The position numbers and the translations under genes are program-made. A stretch of DNA of 55,458 nt from Candidatus Thorarchaeota archaeon (GTDB lineage Archaea; Asgardarchaeota; Thorarchaeia; Thorarchaeales; Thorarchaeaceae): assembly GCA_004524445.1 (NCBI GenBank), contig SDNP01000021.1:1-55458 (forward strand), in the 5' to 3' direction. Below are positions 17,715 to 29,059 of this stretch, piece by piece. The stretch's first letter is position 1. Every line of letters starts with the position of its first letter. The notes beneath the pieces were generated by a model that saw only the letters and a program-made list of their open reading frames with translations, did no database searches and was not told where the DNA came from.

Positions 17715-19718
17715 ATGAATTCAAAATCCTCACTCCAAGATAAAGCTATTAACACTATCCGGTTTCTCTCAGCGGATGCCGTTCAAAAGGCAAATTCAGG
17801 ACACCCGGGAATGCCCATGGGTGCAGCTGCAATGGCCTACGCATTGTGGAAACGCCATCTTAGATTCAATCCAGACGATCCAGAGTGGCCTGACCGGGAT
17901 CGATTTGTCTTATCGGGCGGACATGGTTCGATGCTACTCTATTCATTGTTGTATCTGACTGGCTATGGTGTTTCATTAGATGATATCAAGGATTTCCGAC
18001 AATGGCAAAGCAACACCCCAGGACATCCCGAGTCATTCTGTACCCCGGGTGTCGAGGTCACAACTGGCCCCCTAGGACAGGGATTTGCCAATGCTGTAGG
18101 GATGGCGATAGCAGAGAAACATTTGGCGGCAGTATTCAACGAGGGGGATTATGATGTCGTCAATCATTATACGTACGCAATAGTGACTGATGGGGACTTA
18201 ATGGAGGGCATCTCTTCAGAGGCAGCGTCGCTTGCAGGCCATATGAACCTTGACAAACTTGTAGTGCTATATGATGACAATGACATAAGCATCGATGGGA
18301 GTACTGACCTTACTTTCACTGAAGATGTGGGTAAGCGCTTTGAGGCATTTGGATGGCATGTACAGAAGGTCGACAATGGAAATGATGTGGAAGCAATAGA
18401 TGCTGCAATTCAGGAAGCGAAGGAGGAAAGTCATCCCTCTCTAATCATGTGCAGAACGCATATTGGGTACGGATTGCCCACCCGCCAAGATACCGCTAAG
18501 GCCCATGGAGAGCCAGCAGGCGAGGAGGAACTCAAGAGAGCGAAGAAAAATCTTGGTTGGCCACAGGAAAAATTCCATGTTCCAGAGGAGGTCTTAGAAC
18601 ATTTTAGAGAAGCAATGGAACAGGGAAAGGAACTGCAGTCCGCGTGGAAGCTATTGGTTTCAAACTATGAGAAGGAATACCCAGAGAAGGCAGCTGAATT
18701 CAAAAGACGCCTAGATGCAAGATTACCTGCTGAGTGGGATAAGGATATACCCATTTTTGACCCTGATGAGAAGGGAATCGCAACACGAGCGGCATCCGGG
18801 AAGACACTTGATGCAATCACACCAAGAATACCAGAGATGATTGGTGGATCTGCTGATCTCACAGGCTCAAACAAAACATGGATAGAGGGAAGTGAGGATT
18901 TTCAAGCAGATTCCCCTGCAGAACGAAATATCTACTTCGGGGTGAGGGAACATGCCATGGGAGGTATCGTTAATGGTATGGCGGTTCATGGAGGATTGGT
19001 ACCCTACTGTGGGACATTTTTCATCTTTTCAGACTATATGAGACCGGCCATTCGATTATCTGCTCTCTCAGGATACCCCAGCATTTGGGTTTTCACACAT
19101 GATAGTATCGGCTTAGGGGAAGATGGTCCTACGCATCAACCAATTGAACATCTCGCATCTCTTCGTGCAATGCCAAACCTTGTGGTAATTAGGCCAGGTG
19201 ATGCTAACGAGGTAACAGAGGCATGGCGTATAGCAATCCAACGCAGGGATAATCCGACCGCGATTGTCTTGACCCGCCAGAGTGTACCTATTCTGGATAG
19301 GTCCATATACAACTCCCCGAAAGGTTTGCAAAGAGGGGCATATGTATTGAAGGATTTTGGAGATGGAGACCCAGACATTATTCTCATGGCATCTGGTTCT
19401 GAGGTAGCATTGATAGCTCAGGCTGGAGAAACTCTGGCGAATGAGGGTCATAACGTGCGAATCGTTTCGTTTCCAAGCTGGGGTCTCTTTGAGATCCAAG
19501 ATGCTACTTATAGAAAATCAATTCTGCTTGACGGAGTGAAATCTAGACTCGCTGTGGAGGCCGGAGTGTCACAAGGATGGCAGAAGTGGGTGGGCGACGA
19601 AGGGGATATCATCTCTATCGAGAGATTTGGAGCCTCTGCGCCGTATGAAGACTTGTTTGAGAACTTTGGGTTCACTAGTGAAAACGTTGTCAGGAGAGCT
19701 CATAAGCTTCTGAAATAG
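17715..19718 (+). CDS. tkt: transketolase (full-length)
   Basis: [43 protein letters not shown]. Confidence 0.97.
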   Translation: MNSKSSLQDKAINTIRFLSADAVQKANSGHPGMPMGAAAMAYALWKRHLRFNPDDPEWPDRDRFVLSGGHGSMLLYSLLYLTGYGVSLDDIKDFRQWQSNTPGHPESFCTPGVEVTTGPLGQGFANAVGMAIAEKHLAAVFNEGDYDVVNHYTYAIVTDGDLMEGISSEAASLAGHMNLDKLVVLYDDNDISIDGSTDLTFTEDVGKRFEAFGWHVQKVDNGNDVEAIDAAIQEAKEESHPSLIMCRTHIGYGLPTRQDTAKAHGEPAGEEELKRAKKNLGWPQEKFHVPEEVLEHFREAMEQGKELQSAWKLLVSNYEKEYPEKAAEFKRRLDARLPAEWDKDIPIFDPDEKGIATRAASGKTLDAITPRIPEMIGGSADLTGSNKTWIEGSEDFQADSPAERNIYFGVREHAMGGIVNGMAVHGGLVPYCGTFFIFSDYMRPAIRLSALSGYPSIWVFTHDSIGLGEDGPTHQPIEHLASLRAMPNLVVIRPGDANEVTEAWRIAIQRRDNPTAIVLTRQSVPILDRSIYNSPKGLQRGAYVLKDFGDGDPDIILMASGSEVALIAQAGETLANEGHNVRIVSFPSWGLFEIQDATYRKSILLDGVKSRLAVEAGVSQGWQKWVGDEGDIISIERFGASAPYEDLFENFGFTSENVVRRAHKLLK

Positions 19719-19742
19719 AGTCGCAGCCATGTGGATTGAAGA

Positions 19743-21014
19743 TTAGTCAGCGTTTTTCATCCGCTTTTCGATTGCAGCCATAGCATCACGTGATGACATG
19801 CGGATTTCCACATCCTCAGCTTTTGATAGGTTCTCAAGAATAAGCAAGTCGGAGGAACCACCAATTTGAGCCATGACCCTGATAGCGCAAATAAGGGCAT
19901 TCTTTTGCCGATAGCTAATGGCAGCGAGAAGATTATCCAAAGAACGGGGATGTGCGATGTCTAGAGAGGAAACAGCAGACTCAAAATCAAAATGCATCTC
20001 AGCTTGCATTCGATTACGCAGTTGTTGTTTTGCTGGTGAACCGATATCAATCAGTCCTCGTACTGCTATTTCCCGTATGTTTTCATCAAAATCTTCTAGG
20101 CATTCATCCAAGATGTCAGCAGTTTCCGGAAGGCACAGTTGTGCAAGAGATTGAACGCTTGCCATTCTGACCCAGCTATATTCGTCATTGACACTCCGTC
20201 TGAGGAACGGTTCTGCACGCAAGTCACCAATAGTTCCCATCTTGGCTGCAGCCATCTTTCGCACATTGGAATTATTGGATGTGATATCGATGCCCAATTG
20301 AAGCAGTGTTGATTCATTCGAACCAACATTCTCAAATTTGATATCTTCAAGCATAAGATTTGGCTCAATGAGGGAGGATATTGTTGATGAAGAAATGGAG
20401 TGCTGCTCTAAGAACGCTTCAACTTTCCGGATGCACTCCCTATTTCGGATGCTTGAGGTAACGCAGAGATAACCATAGTATGTCTGGGCTATGTCCGAAA
20501 GACTGACGGGTTCTTCTGCAAGGCTCTTCAGTTCCGCCGCTCTCTCGTTTACAATCGATGGTATTAGGTGAGCAAGGCGAGTCTTCTTCAGGCGGCTTAA
20601 ATCAATAAAATACGTGTTACCGTTTCTGACATTTTCTTCCATCACCTTAAGAGTAGTATCAAAGACTTGGAAGTCCCAGTCGACAGATTGGAGTTCATTC
20701 AGTCGAGTGAGAACATCATTCACCCCAACACTGGTGTAGATGAATTCTGGGATAGAAAACGCATGAAAGAAGGCCCTCCGGAAAAGACCCCATTGGTCTG
20801 AGAGAACTTCATATGTTTTCATCAGGGATTCAATAACCATTTTACCTCCATCATTCTCAATAGAATCCCTGATTAGAACCGATAAGCTGTCCCAGTCCTT
20901 GCCCTGTATTGATTGGATTGCCTTACTTGGATCATCCAGCTGACTCATCTGAAGCACGGTGTTTGAGTTTGGGCATTCCTTCTTAATCTTCACGTAATCG
21001 CACAAAGATGTCAT
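19743..21014 (-). CDS. HEAT/PBS-lyase repeat protein
   Basis: Repeated VR-x-x-A/S helices in the C-terminal half (NVRKMAA, WVRMASV, NIREIAV, EIRMSS). Confidence 0.8.
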   Translation of the reverse strand: MTSLCDYVKIKKECPNSNTVLQMSQLDDPSKAIQSIQGKDWDSLSVLIRDSIENDGGKMVIESLMKTYEVLSDQWGLFRRAFFHAFSIPEFIYTSVGVNDVLTRLNELQSVDWDFQVFDTTLKVMEENVRNGNTYFIDLSRLKKTRLAHLIPSIVNERAAELKSLAEEPVSLSDIAQTYYGYLCVTSSIRNRECIRKVEAFLEQHSISSSTISSLIEPNLMLEDIKFENVGSNESTLLQLGIDITSNNSNVRKMAAAKMGTIGDLRAEPFLRRSVNDEYSWVRMASVQSLAQLCLPETADILDECLEDFDENIREIAVRGLIDIGSPAKQQLRNRMQAEMHFDFESAVSSLDIAHPRSLDNLLAAISYRQKNALICAIRVMAQIGGSSDLLILENLSKAEDVEIRMSSRDAMAAIEKRMKNAD

Positions 21015-21078
21015 CCGGTTGCTTTATTGCCTGCTTTGCCACTGCTTTTTATCAACGTTGTAAACGGAGAACATTGAC

Positions 21079-21846
21079 ATGGCAAAATATGATTTAGATG
21101 GAAAGATAGCGATAATAACCGGTGGTTCTGGTGGACTAGGTGAACAGTTCGCTCATGGATTAGCCGAAGCCGGTTCAAACGTTGTTCTAGCTGCACGGCG
21201 AGAAAAGAATCTGGAACAAATTGCAGATGAACTGTCTAAGAAGTATGATGTTCGGTCTCTGCCCATCAAAACCGATGTGACAAAGGAAGCAGACATCATA
21301 AACATGGTAGAAGCAACAGTAGATGAGTTTGGCACTGTTGATATCTTGGTGAATAACGCGGGCATGTATGTTGTAAAACCTCTGATAGAACAGACACTTG
21401 ATGACTGGAATCTTGTCATGGACGTCAATCTGACTTCTACATTCATTGCATCTCGAGAGGTGGCAAAGATTATGATACCGAAAGAAAGCGGTTGTATTAT
21501 CAACATCAGTTCAACTTTTGGACTTGGTGCCACGGAATTCACCGAGGTGGGATATTATGCGTCGAAAGGTGGTGTCATTGCTCTTACAAAGGCACTCGCA
21601 GTGGAACTGGGCAAGCACAATATCCGAGTAAATTCAATAGCCCCCGGATTCTTCCCGACAGATATGTCCATTGAGGCCATAGAAACCGATGAGATTCGAG
21701 AAAAGATGATTGAGCCTCGTACTGCTTTGCCCATGCTTGCAAAGAAAGAGTGGATTCGAGGGGCTGTAGCCTTTCTAGCCAGTGATGATGCTCGCTATAT
21801 TACAGGGCATACGCTCGCTGTTGATGGCGGATGGCTTGCCTATTGA
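21079..21846 (+). CDS. classical short-chain dehydrogenase/reductase
   Basis: TGGSGGLG, NNAG, YYASK, VNSIAPG, VDGG. Confidence 0.93.
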   Translation: MAKYDLDGKIAIITGGSGGLGEQFAHGLAEAGSNVVLAARREKNLEQIADELSKKYDVRSLPIKTDVTKEADIINMVEATVDEFGTVDILVNNAGMYVVKPLIEQTLDDWNLVMDVNLTSTFIASREVAKIMIPKESGCIINISSTFGLGATEFTEVGYYASKGGVIALTKALAVELGKHNIRVNSIAPGFFPTDMSIEAIETDEIREKMIEPRTALPMLAKKEWIRGAVAFLASDDARYITGHTLAVDGGWLAY

Positions 21847-21908
21847 TATCTCCTACTACACAATGATTGCGAACATGTTTATGTGGAAGCATAACCAAGC
21901 AGTAAGCT

Positions 21909-22475
21909 ATGTATCTCGGAAAGAAAGTGCGTCTCAGAGCACTTGAGATGAGTGATTTGGACGCAATAATGGCTCATTGGAACACATATGAAACAAGAAG
22001 GTATCTGTATTCGGCTATGCCTCATTCGAGAGAACATGAACGGGAGTGGCTTGAAAGAGCTGCCAAACAAACACCTTGGGAAGACGGCAGTCTGACTCTC
22101 GCGATAGAGGATAGAGATACTCAAGAATTCCTCGGCACTGTGGGACTGGCGCGAATTTCTCCCGAAAATATGCATGCGGAGTTTGGTATAGCAATACATA
22201 ATCCTGCGCAACAGGGAAAGGGATATGGAACAGATGCAACAGAAATCATCCTCTGGATAGGATTTCATGAGCTGGGACTCAATAGTATCCATCTGTACAC
22301 TATGGAATCGAACGTGCGTGCTCAAAGAGCATACGAAAAAGCTGGTTTCAAGAGAGTTGGAAAGATTAGACAGTACATGTATTCAGGGGGAGAATATGAA
22401 GATGCCTTTGTAATGGACATCTTGAAGTCTGAATTCATGGAGAGATGGCCTCCCGGAAAGATGATTGCAAACTGA
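21909..22475 (+). CDS. RimJ/RimL-type GNAT acetyltransferase
   Basis: AEFGIAI, QGKGYG, NVRAQRAYEKAGF. Confidence 0.9.
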   Translation: MYLGKKVRLRALEMSDLDAIMAHWNTYETRRYLYSAMPHSREHEREWLERAAKQTPWEDGSLTLAIEDRDTQEFLGTVGLARISPENMHAEFGIAIHNPAQQGKGYGTDATEIILWIGFHELGLNSIHLYTMESNVRAQRAYEKAGFKRVGKIRQYMYSGGEYEDAFVMDILKSEFMERWPPGKMIAN

Positions 22476-22497
22476 GATAGTAGCATAGGCAGATATC

Positions 22498-23157
22498 TTA
22501 GCCGTGTGGTGTCTGTAAGGAATCATCAGCATATGCTTTCATGATGTTTCGTTCCACACGTCGCAATCGCTCTTGCATGGCCACTCTACTTATATCGAGC
22601 TGATCCGCCAATTCGATAATCTTCACATGTCGAGGGATTGCATAATATCCTGACTTATAGGCGAGTCTGAAGGCCTCCGTTTGCTTATCTGTCAGAGTCA
22701 CTGTCGACTTGGGATACGGAGTTGTTCGAAGCCTTAACAGCTGAACCTCACTGAACCTAGCTCTTAGCAGGTCCAGCATCTCTTTCACTTTCTTCCTTGA
22801 TGGCGCAAGAACCGTGTGCTTCTGAATGCCGTCCTGAATTATGATAGGAAGACGCGACATGCATCCAGTATGAAGGACGGTATCATGTATCGATGGCCCC
22901 TCTAAATGGTGGACCACCCTTGTCCAATATGCCTCAGTGGACTTGTAAGTCACCTCTACTTCACGAATGTTATCATTAGCTTTCAATTGCTCAACATACT
23001 CAATTATATGAGACTCCATCGCTTGCAGTGGCTCGATAACGCCGAAGCCTGCATCACCATTTATGGTCATGATTGATACCCTGACCGGAATTCTGCTAGT
23101 GAGCTCGCAGGAGTAGTAGTTCTCAGCGCTAATTTGAAGGAGGCATTCTAGGACCAT
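22498..23157 (-). CDS. Bat-type (HTH_10) transcription regulator
   Basis: LTDKQ...AYKSGYYAIPR...ELADQLDIS...LRR; divergent from the EamA gene. Confidence 0.88.
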   Translation of the reverse strand: MVLECLLQISAENYYSCELTSRIPVRVSIMTINGDAGFGVIEPLQAMESHIIEYVEQLKANDNIREVEVTYKSTEAYWTRVVHHLEGPSIHDTVLHTGCMSRLPIIIQDGIQKHTVLAPSRKKVKEMLDLLRARFSEVQLLRLRTTPYPKSTVTLTDKQTEAFRLAYKSGYYAIPRHVKIIELADQLDISRVAMQERLRRVERNIMKAYADDSLQTPHG

Positions 23158-23232
23158 TATATGCACCCGTCGTATGACGGCAATGAGTTAAACCGTATAT
23201 CAATATAGCTAGAAACACGTGGAACATAAGTT

Positions 23233-24201
23233 ATGACTAAAAACAATGGAGAGATTACTCCTGAAGATGAAGTCAGGCAACATCGGATTGCAGTTGCGGA
23301 GGCGCTCTTTGTCACATTGCTCTGGTCATCTTCATGGGTTATTATTAAGTTCGGGCTTGAAGAGTTGCCGCCAATCACATTCTCAGGACTTAGATATCTG
23401 ATAGCCTCAATTATCTTGATGACTGTCATTCTATCTCAGAAGAAACTACGACGAGCTCTACAGGGTCAATCAAGAAAGTGGTGGCTGACAGTCACGGCGT
23501 ACGGACTTGTCTTCGTCGCGATTACACAAGGAGCCCAGTTTGTAGGCCTTGATATTCTCAATGCAATCACGGTTTCACTGCTCCTCAATTTGACTCCAAT
23601 TCTTGTTTTGGTCCTAGGAGCTATTTCGCTACAAGAGAAACCAGATGCGAAGCAGGTAGCTTGGATTCTCGTGGGAGTCATTGGTGTACTGATATATTTC
23701 CACCCGATTGATTTGCCCTTTGATCAGCTATTGGGACTTGCAGTGGTACTAGTTGGCGTGATTGCAAATGCGGCATCTTCAATCATGGGACGAGCCATAA
23801 ACCGTAATAGGATATTGCCACCTATTGTCATAACTGGGGTTAGCATCACGATTGGTTCACTAGTTCTTGCTACAGTCGGTCTTGTCCTTGAGGGGCCCAC
23901 CTCTGTTAGTCCCACATCGATGGCCTACCTGTTATGGCTTGGCGTTGTGAATACTGCTCTTGCATTCACAATTTGGAATAAGGCTATGCAGACTCTTCGA
24001 GCAATAGATGTGTCAATCATAAACGGAACTATGCTTCCACAAATCGTAATCTTGTCTATTATCTTCCTGAATGAAATGCCCACATTACTTGACTACTTTG
24101 GCTTGATTTTAGTAGGATTGTCTGCCTTTTTTGTGCAATGGGTCCGTGCCAAAAAGCTCAACAGTAGGCAAAAAATCCCCATTGAAGGTGAAACAATATA
24201 A
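23233..24201 (+). CDS. EamA/DMT family transporter
   Basis: LWSSSW, LRY, about 10 TM segments in two repeats. Confidence 0.9.
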   Translation: MTKNNGEITPEDEVRQHRIAVAEALFVTLLWSSSWVIIKFGLEELPPITFSGLRYLIASIILMTVILSQKKLRRALQGQSRKWWLTVTAYGLVFVAITQGAQFVGLDILNAITVSLLLNLTPILVLVLGAISLQEKPDAKQVAWILVGVIGVLIYFHPIDLPFDQLLGLAVVLVGVIANAASSIMGRAINRNRILPPIVITGVSITIGSLVLATVGLVLEGPTSVSPTSMAYLLWLGVVNTALAFTIWNKAMQTLRAIDVSIINGTMLPQIVILSIIFLNEMPTLLDYFGLILVGLSAFFVQWVRAKKLNSRQKIPIEGETI

Positions 24202-24208
24202 TCCAGCG

Positions 24209-26218
24209 CTAGGTTTTTTCTCGATTATCGACAGAGAGGAATTTCGCATTTATGGCAACTATCACAGTACTGAGCGACATAAGCAAAGCTCCAGCTGCGG
24301 GATCGAGTGCCACCCCGTAAGAGTACAGGACCCCGGCTGCCAACGGGATTGCAATAGCATTGTAACTAGTTGCCCAGAAGAGATTCTGAACCATCTTATC
24401 ATAAGTGGCATCCGAGAGCCCTAGAATTGAGGCAACATCGCGTGGATCATTCCGAACTAAGACAATATCGGCCGTTTCAACAGCTACATCTGTGCCCGCA
24501 CCAATGGCAATTCCAATGTCAGCTGTGGCCAAAGCAGGTGCGTCATTTACCCCGTCCCCCACCATAGCCACCGTCAAGCCGCGGTTCTGCACTTCCTTCA
24601 CCTTCTCTGCTTTTTCATCTGGCAAAACTTCGGCAAAATAGTCATCAAGTCCCAGTTCATCTGATACCCAGCTAGCCACATTTTTGTTGTCCCCAGTAAG
24701 CATCATACATTGTATACCCATGTCTTTGAGCCGTTGAATTGCCTCCCGCGACTCATCCCGAATAATATCACCCAGTGCCAGAAGACCAATGACTTCCTTT
24801 CCTCTTAGGACGTATGCAAGGGTAAATCCCTTCTCCGAAATTTCGTCGATTCGTGGGTCGTCGGGCAACTGATTTGTTTCGCGAACATAGCTTGGGCTTG
24901 CGGCAACAATTTCCTTTCCTTCTACCACGCCTCTGGCACCCTTCCCAGGAATAGCCTCGAAATCATCCACATCGAGCAAGGAGATATTTCGTTCTTCAGC
25001 ACCACGGACGATGCCCTGCGCAATAGAATGCTCTGATCTTGATTCGATAGATGCAGCAAGCTGAAGGACCTCAGCCTCATCAAATGATGAAAAGGAGAGA
25101 ATCTCACTCACAGTAAATTCGCCTTTGGTCAGTGTTCCAGTCTTATCAAAGATAACTGCTTGTAGATTCCTCGCTCTCTCGAACGCAGCCCTATCTCTTA
25201 TCAATAATCCATTCTTTGCTGAGATTGAAGTTGATACAGCAACAACAAGTGGTACAGCTAGACCTAGTGCATGGGGACAAGTGATTACCATGACCGTAAC
25301 AGCACGTTCAATGCCAAACCCCAAAGTCTGACCTGCGAAGAGCCATCCACCCAGAGTGACACTACCTGCTGTAAGCGCGATGATGGTGAGAATAAAGGCA
25401 GCACGATTTGCAAGGTCCTGCGTTCTGGACTTGCTCTGTTGAGCTTCGCGAACCATGTCGATTACCTGTGCAATATAGGTTTCATCACCAACTTTGGATA
25501 TATTTACTTCCAAACTACCTGACCCGTTGATGGTCCCCCCAATAACCTCATCGCCCTCAGTCTTCTCAATAGGCTTCGATTCTCCTGTCACCATGGCTTC
25601 GTTGATGCTGCTTGTCCCCTCAACGATTTCACCATCGGAGGGAATGCGCTCTCCGGGTTTAATGAGTACCCTGTCACCCTTCTGCAGCCTTGATGCCTCA
25701 ATATCCTCGACACTCCCATCATCGTGAACAATGTGCGCTGTGGAAGGTAGTAGCTTAACTAGTTCCTCCAAAGCTTGCGAAGCGCCAAGAATTGACCGCA
25801 TCTCAATCCAGTGTCCAAGAAGCATTACGTCAATCAGAGTGACCAATTCCCAAAAGAAGAGTGTGCCAGGAAGAATGAAGACAACCGCACTGCTGTAGAG
25901 ATAGGCAACCGATATTGCCACCGCGATTAATGTCATCATCCCCAGTTCTCTATCGCGAATCTCGTCAAAGAACCCCTCGAAGAATGGTTGACCTCCATAG
26001 ATGAACACTATCGTTGAGAGCAGGAACAGAACAATCTCGGATCCCGGAAAGTCAAGAAACTCCAATCCAAGTAGTTGCTGAACTAGAGGAGATAAGAGAA
26101 CAACTGGTGGAGTGAGAATTATGGACGCTAGGAACCGTTTTCGAAACCGTTTCATCATCATCCTGTGATGCGATGATTGATCATGTTCTTTGGATTGACT
26201 GTGATTATCAGCCGACAA
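24209..26218 (-). CDS. copB: P1B-type copper-exporting ATPase (CopB-like)
   Basis: His-rich N-terminus, TGES, CPHALG, DKTGT, SEH, GDGVND, YN, MSLST. Confidence 0.93.
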   Translation of the reverse strand: MSADNHSQSKEHDQSSHHRMMMKRFRKRFLASIILTPPVVLLSPLVQQLLGLEFLDFPGSEIVLFLLSTIVFIYGGQPFFEGFFDEIRDRELGMMTLIAVAISVAYLYSSAVVFILPGTLFFWELVTLIDVMLLGHWIEMRSILGASQALEELVKLLPSTAHIVHDDGSVEDIEASRLQKGDRVLIKPGERIPSDGEIVEGTSSINEAMVTGESKPIEKTEGDEVIGGTINGSGSLEVNISKVGDETYIAQVIDMVREAQQSKSRTQDLANRAAFILTIIALTAGSVTLGGWLFAGQTLGFGIERAVTVMVITCPHALGLAVPLVVAVSTSISAKNGLLIRDRAAFERARNLQAVIFDKTGTLTKGEFTVSEILSFSSFDEAEVLQLAASIESRSEHSIAQGIVRGAEERNISLLDVDDFEAIPGKGARGVVEGKEIVAASPSYVRETNQLPDDPRIDEISEKGFTLAYVLRGKEVIGLLALGDIIRDESREAIQRLKDMGIQCMMLTGDNKNVASWVSDELGLDDYFAEVLPDEKAEKVKEVQNRGLTVAMVGDGVNDAPALATADIGIAIGAGTDVAVETADIVLVRNDPRDVASILGLSDATYDKMVQNLFWATSYNAIAIPLAAGVLYSYGVALDPAAGALLMSLSTVIVAINAKFLSVDNREKT

Positions 26219-26333
26219 TAGAGGATGGCCTCCAATCTATGTAGAATGAAATATAGTTAATCAATACTTCGGAATGTGATGCTTCCGAAAAAAGGAGAGG
26301 GCTCAAATTGAGCCCATAAGATGCCCAATGATA

Positions 26334-26636
26334 CTACATCTTCTCAGCTATTTCTTCCTCTACTTCTTCCATTCCTTCTTTATAGAAGTCAGCCTCGTCT
26401 GGGGCGATCTCATAGAGGACTCTGAGAAATTCTCCAGCATGAACCCGTTCTTCGTTTGCTATGTCTGTCAATACTTCTTTTGCGAGTTCGTTATCAGTTG
26501 ATTCAGCTAGTTGCATATAGAGCTGGATTGCTTCGTACTCCGCTGCTATCATGAAACGAATTGCACGAATCAGTTCTGAATTGGTCAACTTCCGGTCGTT
26601 CTTTAAGACTGAAAAAGGATTTGCAAATTCCGGCAT
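26334..26636 (-). CDS. small ferritin-like protein (encapsulin-cargo-like family)
   Basis: AEYEAIQLY...IANEERVHAGEF. Confidence 0.85.
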   Translation of the reverse strand: MPEFANPFSVLKNDRKLTNSELIRAIRFMIAAEYEAIQLYMQLAESTDNELAKEVLTDIANEERVHAGEFLRVLYEIAPDEADFYKEGMEEVEEEIAEKM

Positions 26637-26842
26637 TTTTGTTCATTAGTTCAAAATTTTGAATGTCTTATATTTGTTAGGACATAAGATATTGCCAATT
26701 AGTACTTTGTACGAAATTTAGATGACTCAAACCTGTCTTCAAGGGATTATATCAGCGAATTCAGAATTTGGTAATTTCCACCACTGTTCAGGGCATAAAA
26801 GCATGCGAAACAGCCAAAATGGGTGGTGTATGAATTGAATAT

Positions 26843-27562
26843 ATGGTAGTTCTTGATTTGGGACCACTTAGCACGACCGATATGCTCTTGGCCATTGGCA
26901 CAGTGTTAATCGTTTATGCAGTCCTAATGATTGCCTTTATCATAGACAGCAGAGGGCATCCAAGCTGGATTGCACGAAAAATCATTCATATCTCGGTCAG
27001 TTCGGTGATTGGGCTTACTCTGGTGCTTTATCATAACCTATCAGGACCTTTGGTTGCAGTCATGCTGTTCTTGGCCCCATTGATTCTGGGGCGAGCATTC
27101 TTCGGGCAGCCAGTTTGGAATCTGGTGAGATTGGCGTCCCGCAAACAGGAGAGAAAGAGAAGCTGGCACACCTTGGCTGCGGGCATCTTGGCCATGATTT
27201 CGTACGGAGTGGTGTTTCTTATGTTCCCTAAAGAACCTGCAATCTTTGTGACTGCCATTCTTGCCGTTTCATGGGGCGATGGTTCAGGAGAATTAATTGG
27301 CCGCCCCTTCGGCCGAAGGAAGTATCAACTCCTTGGAAATGACAGGACGGTATTAGGAAGCATAGCCGTGTTTGTATTCACTGTTCTAGCAGCAGCTTTT
27401 GCATTCCAGATATTCTCTTCAAGAAATGTTCTTGCATTGATTCCAGTCTTTTTCGCAATTGGTCTTGTGGTTATGCTAATGGAGGCCGTTAGCATTAGCT
27501 GGCTGGACAACTTCCTTATTCCATTGAGTGCAGCTGGCGTTTTGTTCCTATTCCTCTTCTGA
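26843..27562 (+). CDS. phytol/dolichol kinase-like membrane protein
   Basis: ARKIIH, WGDG, GRPFG, DNFLIP. Confidence 0.85.
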   Translation: MVVLDLGPLSTTDMLLAIGTVLIVYAVLMIAFIIDSRGHPSWIARKIIHISVSSVIGLTLVLYHNLSGPLVAVMLFLAPLILGRAFFGQPVWNLVRLASRKQERKRSWHTLAAGILAMISYGVVFLMFPKEPAIFVTAILAVSWGDGSGELIGRPFGRRKYQLLGNDRTVLGSIAVFVFTVLAAAFAFQIFSSRNVLALIPVFFAIGLVVMLMEAVSISWLDNFLIPLSAAGVLFLFLF

Positions 27563-27604
27563 GAACAATTGGAGGCATCTGTATTACTCTATATTCTGAG
27601 AGAT

Positions 27605-27919
27605 TCATTTTTTGGATACCACAGTCGCATGAATCTTCATTAGGTTTGGATGGTGTTTTAGATGCATTCCACCATCTATAAGTCGCATATTGAATGGGAA
27701 AAGACCGACACTATCGTCGTTTCTAACTTGATCATTCATTTCTGCCAGGATTGCATTGATGAAACAGTCGCCAACATCACTAGTTTTCAGATGCAATTTT
27801 GATAGCAGTTCTTGGAGAGTACACTCGCCATCTAGGTCAAAATAGAGGATTGTATCTTCGTTTGCCCTGCTGTCTGGAATAAATTGTCTTAGTCTTCCAT
27901 ACAGATGAATCTCAACCAT
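27605..27919 (-). CDS. MoaD/ThiS-like beta-grasp protein with C-terminal extension
   Basis: IHLYGRLR, FIN, DDSVGLFP; GG followed by 20 further residues. Confidence 0.7.
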   Translation of the reverse strand: MVEIHLYGRLRQFIPDSRANEDTILYFDLDGECTLQELLSKLHLKTSDVGDCFINAILAEMNDQVRNDDSVGLFPFNMRLIDGGMHLKHHPNLMKIHATVVSKK

Positions 27920-28022
27920 CGTCTACTCGTCAAATGTGTTTGATGATATTACAGGGGAATTGATTTTATAGTTGTGATAGAACGCTTTGGCACTACTTTT
28001 CCTAATCACCGTTCATTGTAAG

Positions 28023-28195
28023 TTGGACAATCCTGGACAGAGAAGTGTTGTCCTCCCAGAAACGGCACGGGGTTGGACTCCTTGAAGATCTTGGAATGAC
28101 CTCAGAAGGTTATGGATGGCCAGAGTATTTAGACACCACAATTCAAACGTCTAACTCTTCTATCAACTATGGATTGACTGTCCAACTTTGTCCAA
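28023..28195. repeat. imperfect 18-bp inverted repeats built from TGGACA/TGTCCA units
   Basis: TTGGACAATCCTGGACAG (28023-28040) versus CTGTCCAACTTTGTCCAA (28178-28195), 15/18 complementary. Confidence 0.5.
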
Positions 28196-28218
28196 GTTTC
28201 TTGGAACTGTCCTGAACC

Positions 28219-28899
28219 CTATCTCAAATCGAGAACCATTCCATCATAGGCAAGGTCTATGGTTACCTCTCTTGATAATGACTTCACTTTTCTCCTGGAT
28301 TCTGAGGCATTTCCGTAAAACCATTTTCCTAAATGGGTAAAGACAATATGAGCTGCACAAGGGCGGAAGAATTCTACTAAGTCAGGAATGCCTTTATGCC
28401 CCCAAATATTGCCTTGCTTATCGCCCATTACTCTACCACCCTGTCTAATAAAACTGCCATCAGTTATTACCAAGTCAAGTTCTCCAAAAGCACTGTGATA
28501 TTTTTTCTCAATCCAGACCATATCCCCCGTGTAGAGAATCCTATGATCACCTTCTATGAGATACGCTCGTGATTCCACTAATTTACTATGAATGGTTGGT
28601 ATTGAGGAGATTGTACATGTTTCAAAATCCACGTGGTCAGGCATAATCCTGACTTCTATATCGTCAGACTCTTCTGGTGCGTAGATAGGAACCTCCACCT
28701 CAATATCCTCTACGATGAAGACAGCATGGTCGGGATGAAGATGGGTTATGAAAATGACTTCTGGTTCATGTTGTAGAAACTCCTCTTCCCCCAAATCGAA
28801 GAGAATCTTCTCGTTGAGAAGAAGTCCCGAGTGTTTTGAGTGATAGGGGCTGGTGGCATCTGTATTCGCACGAGTTCCGAGGAATTTCAATCGAGTCAT
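28219..28899 (-). CDS. metallo-beta-lactamase fold hydrolase
   Basis: FLGT, THLHPDH, YTGD, H motifs. Confidence 0.88.
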   Translation of the reverse strand: MTRLKFLGTRANTDATSPYHSKHSGLLLNEKILFDLGEEEFLQHEPEVIFITHLHPDHAVFIVEDIEVEVPIYAPEESDDIEVRIMPDHVDFETCTISSIPTIHSKLVESRAYLIEGDHRILYTGDMVWIEKKYHSAFGELDLVITDGSFIRQGGRVMGDKQGNIWGHKGIPDLVEFFRPCAAHIVFTHLGKWFYGNASESRRKVKSLSREVTIDLAYDGMVLDLR

Positions 28900-29022
28900 G
28901 TTTGTCTTCTAGATAATATGCATCAGTGATGGTTCTTTCGAAATAGTAGTCGGAAGAATAGAGGTGCTCTGGTCACTCATTTGACTCTCCCGCGGTCATC
29001 AAGGAAAGAATGTTTGAGTCAC

Positions 29023-29051
29023 AAAAAAATAAGAGGGGGTGAAGACCCCCT
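29023..29051 (-). terminator. stem-loop plus T-tract
   Basis: AGGGGGT-GAAG-ACCCCCT next to an A7 tract, just after the stop at 29060. Confidence 0.55.
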
Positions 29052-29059
29052 GTGGATTG

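Noticed and set aside
26334-26636. Encapsulin nanocompartment system
   Set aside because: The ferritin-like protein has no C-terminal targeting peptide and no shell gene is in the window.
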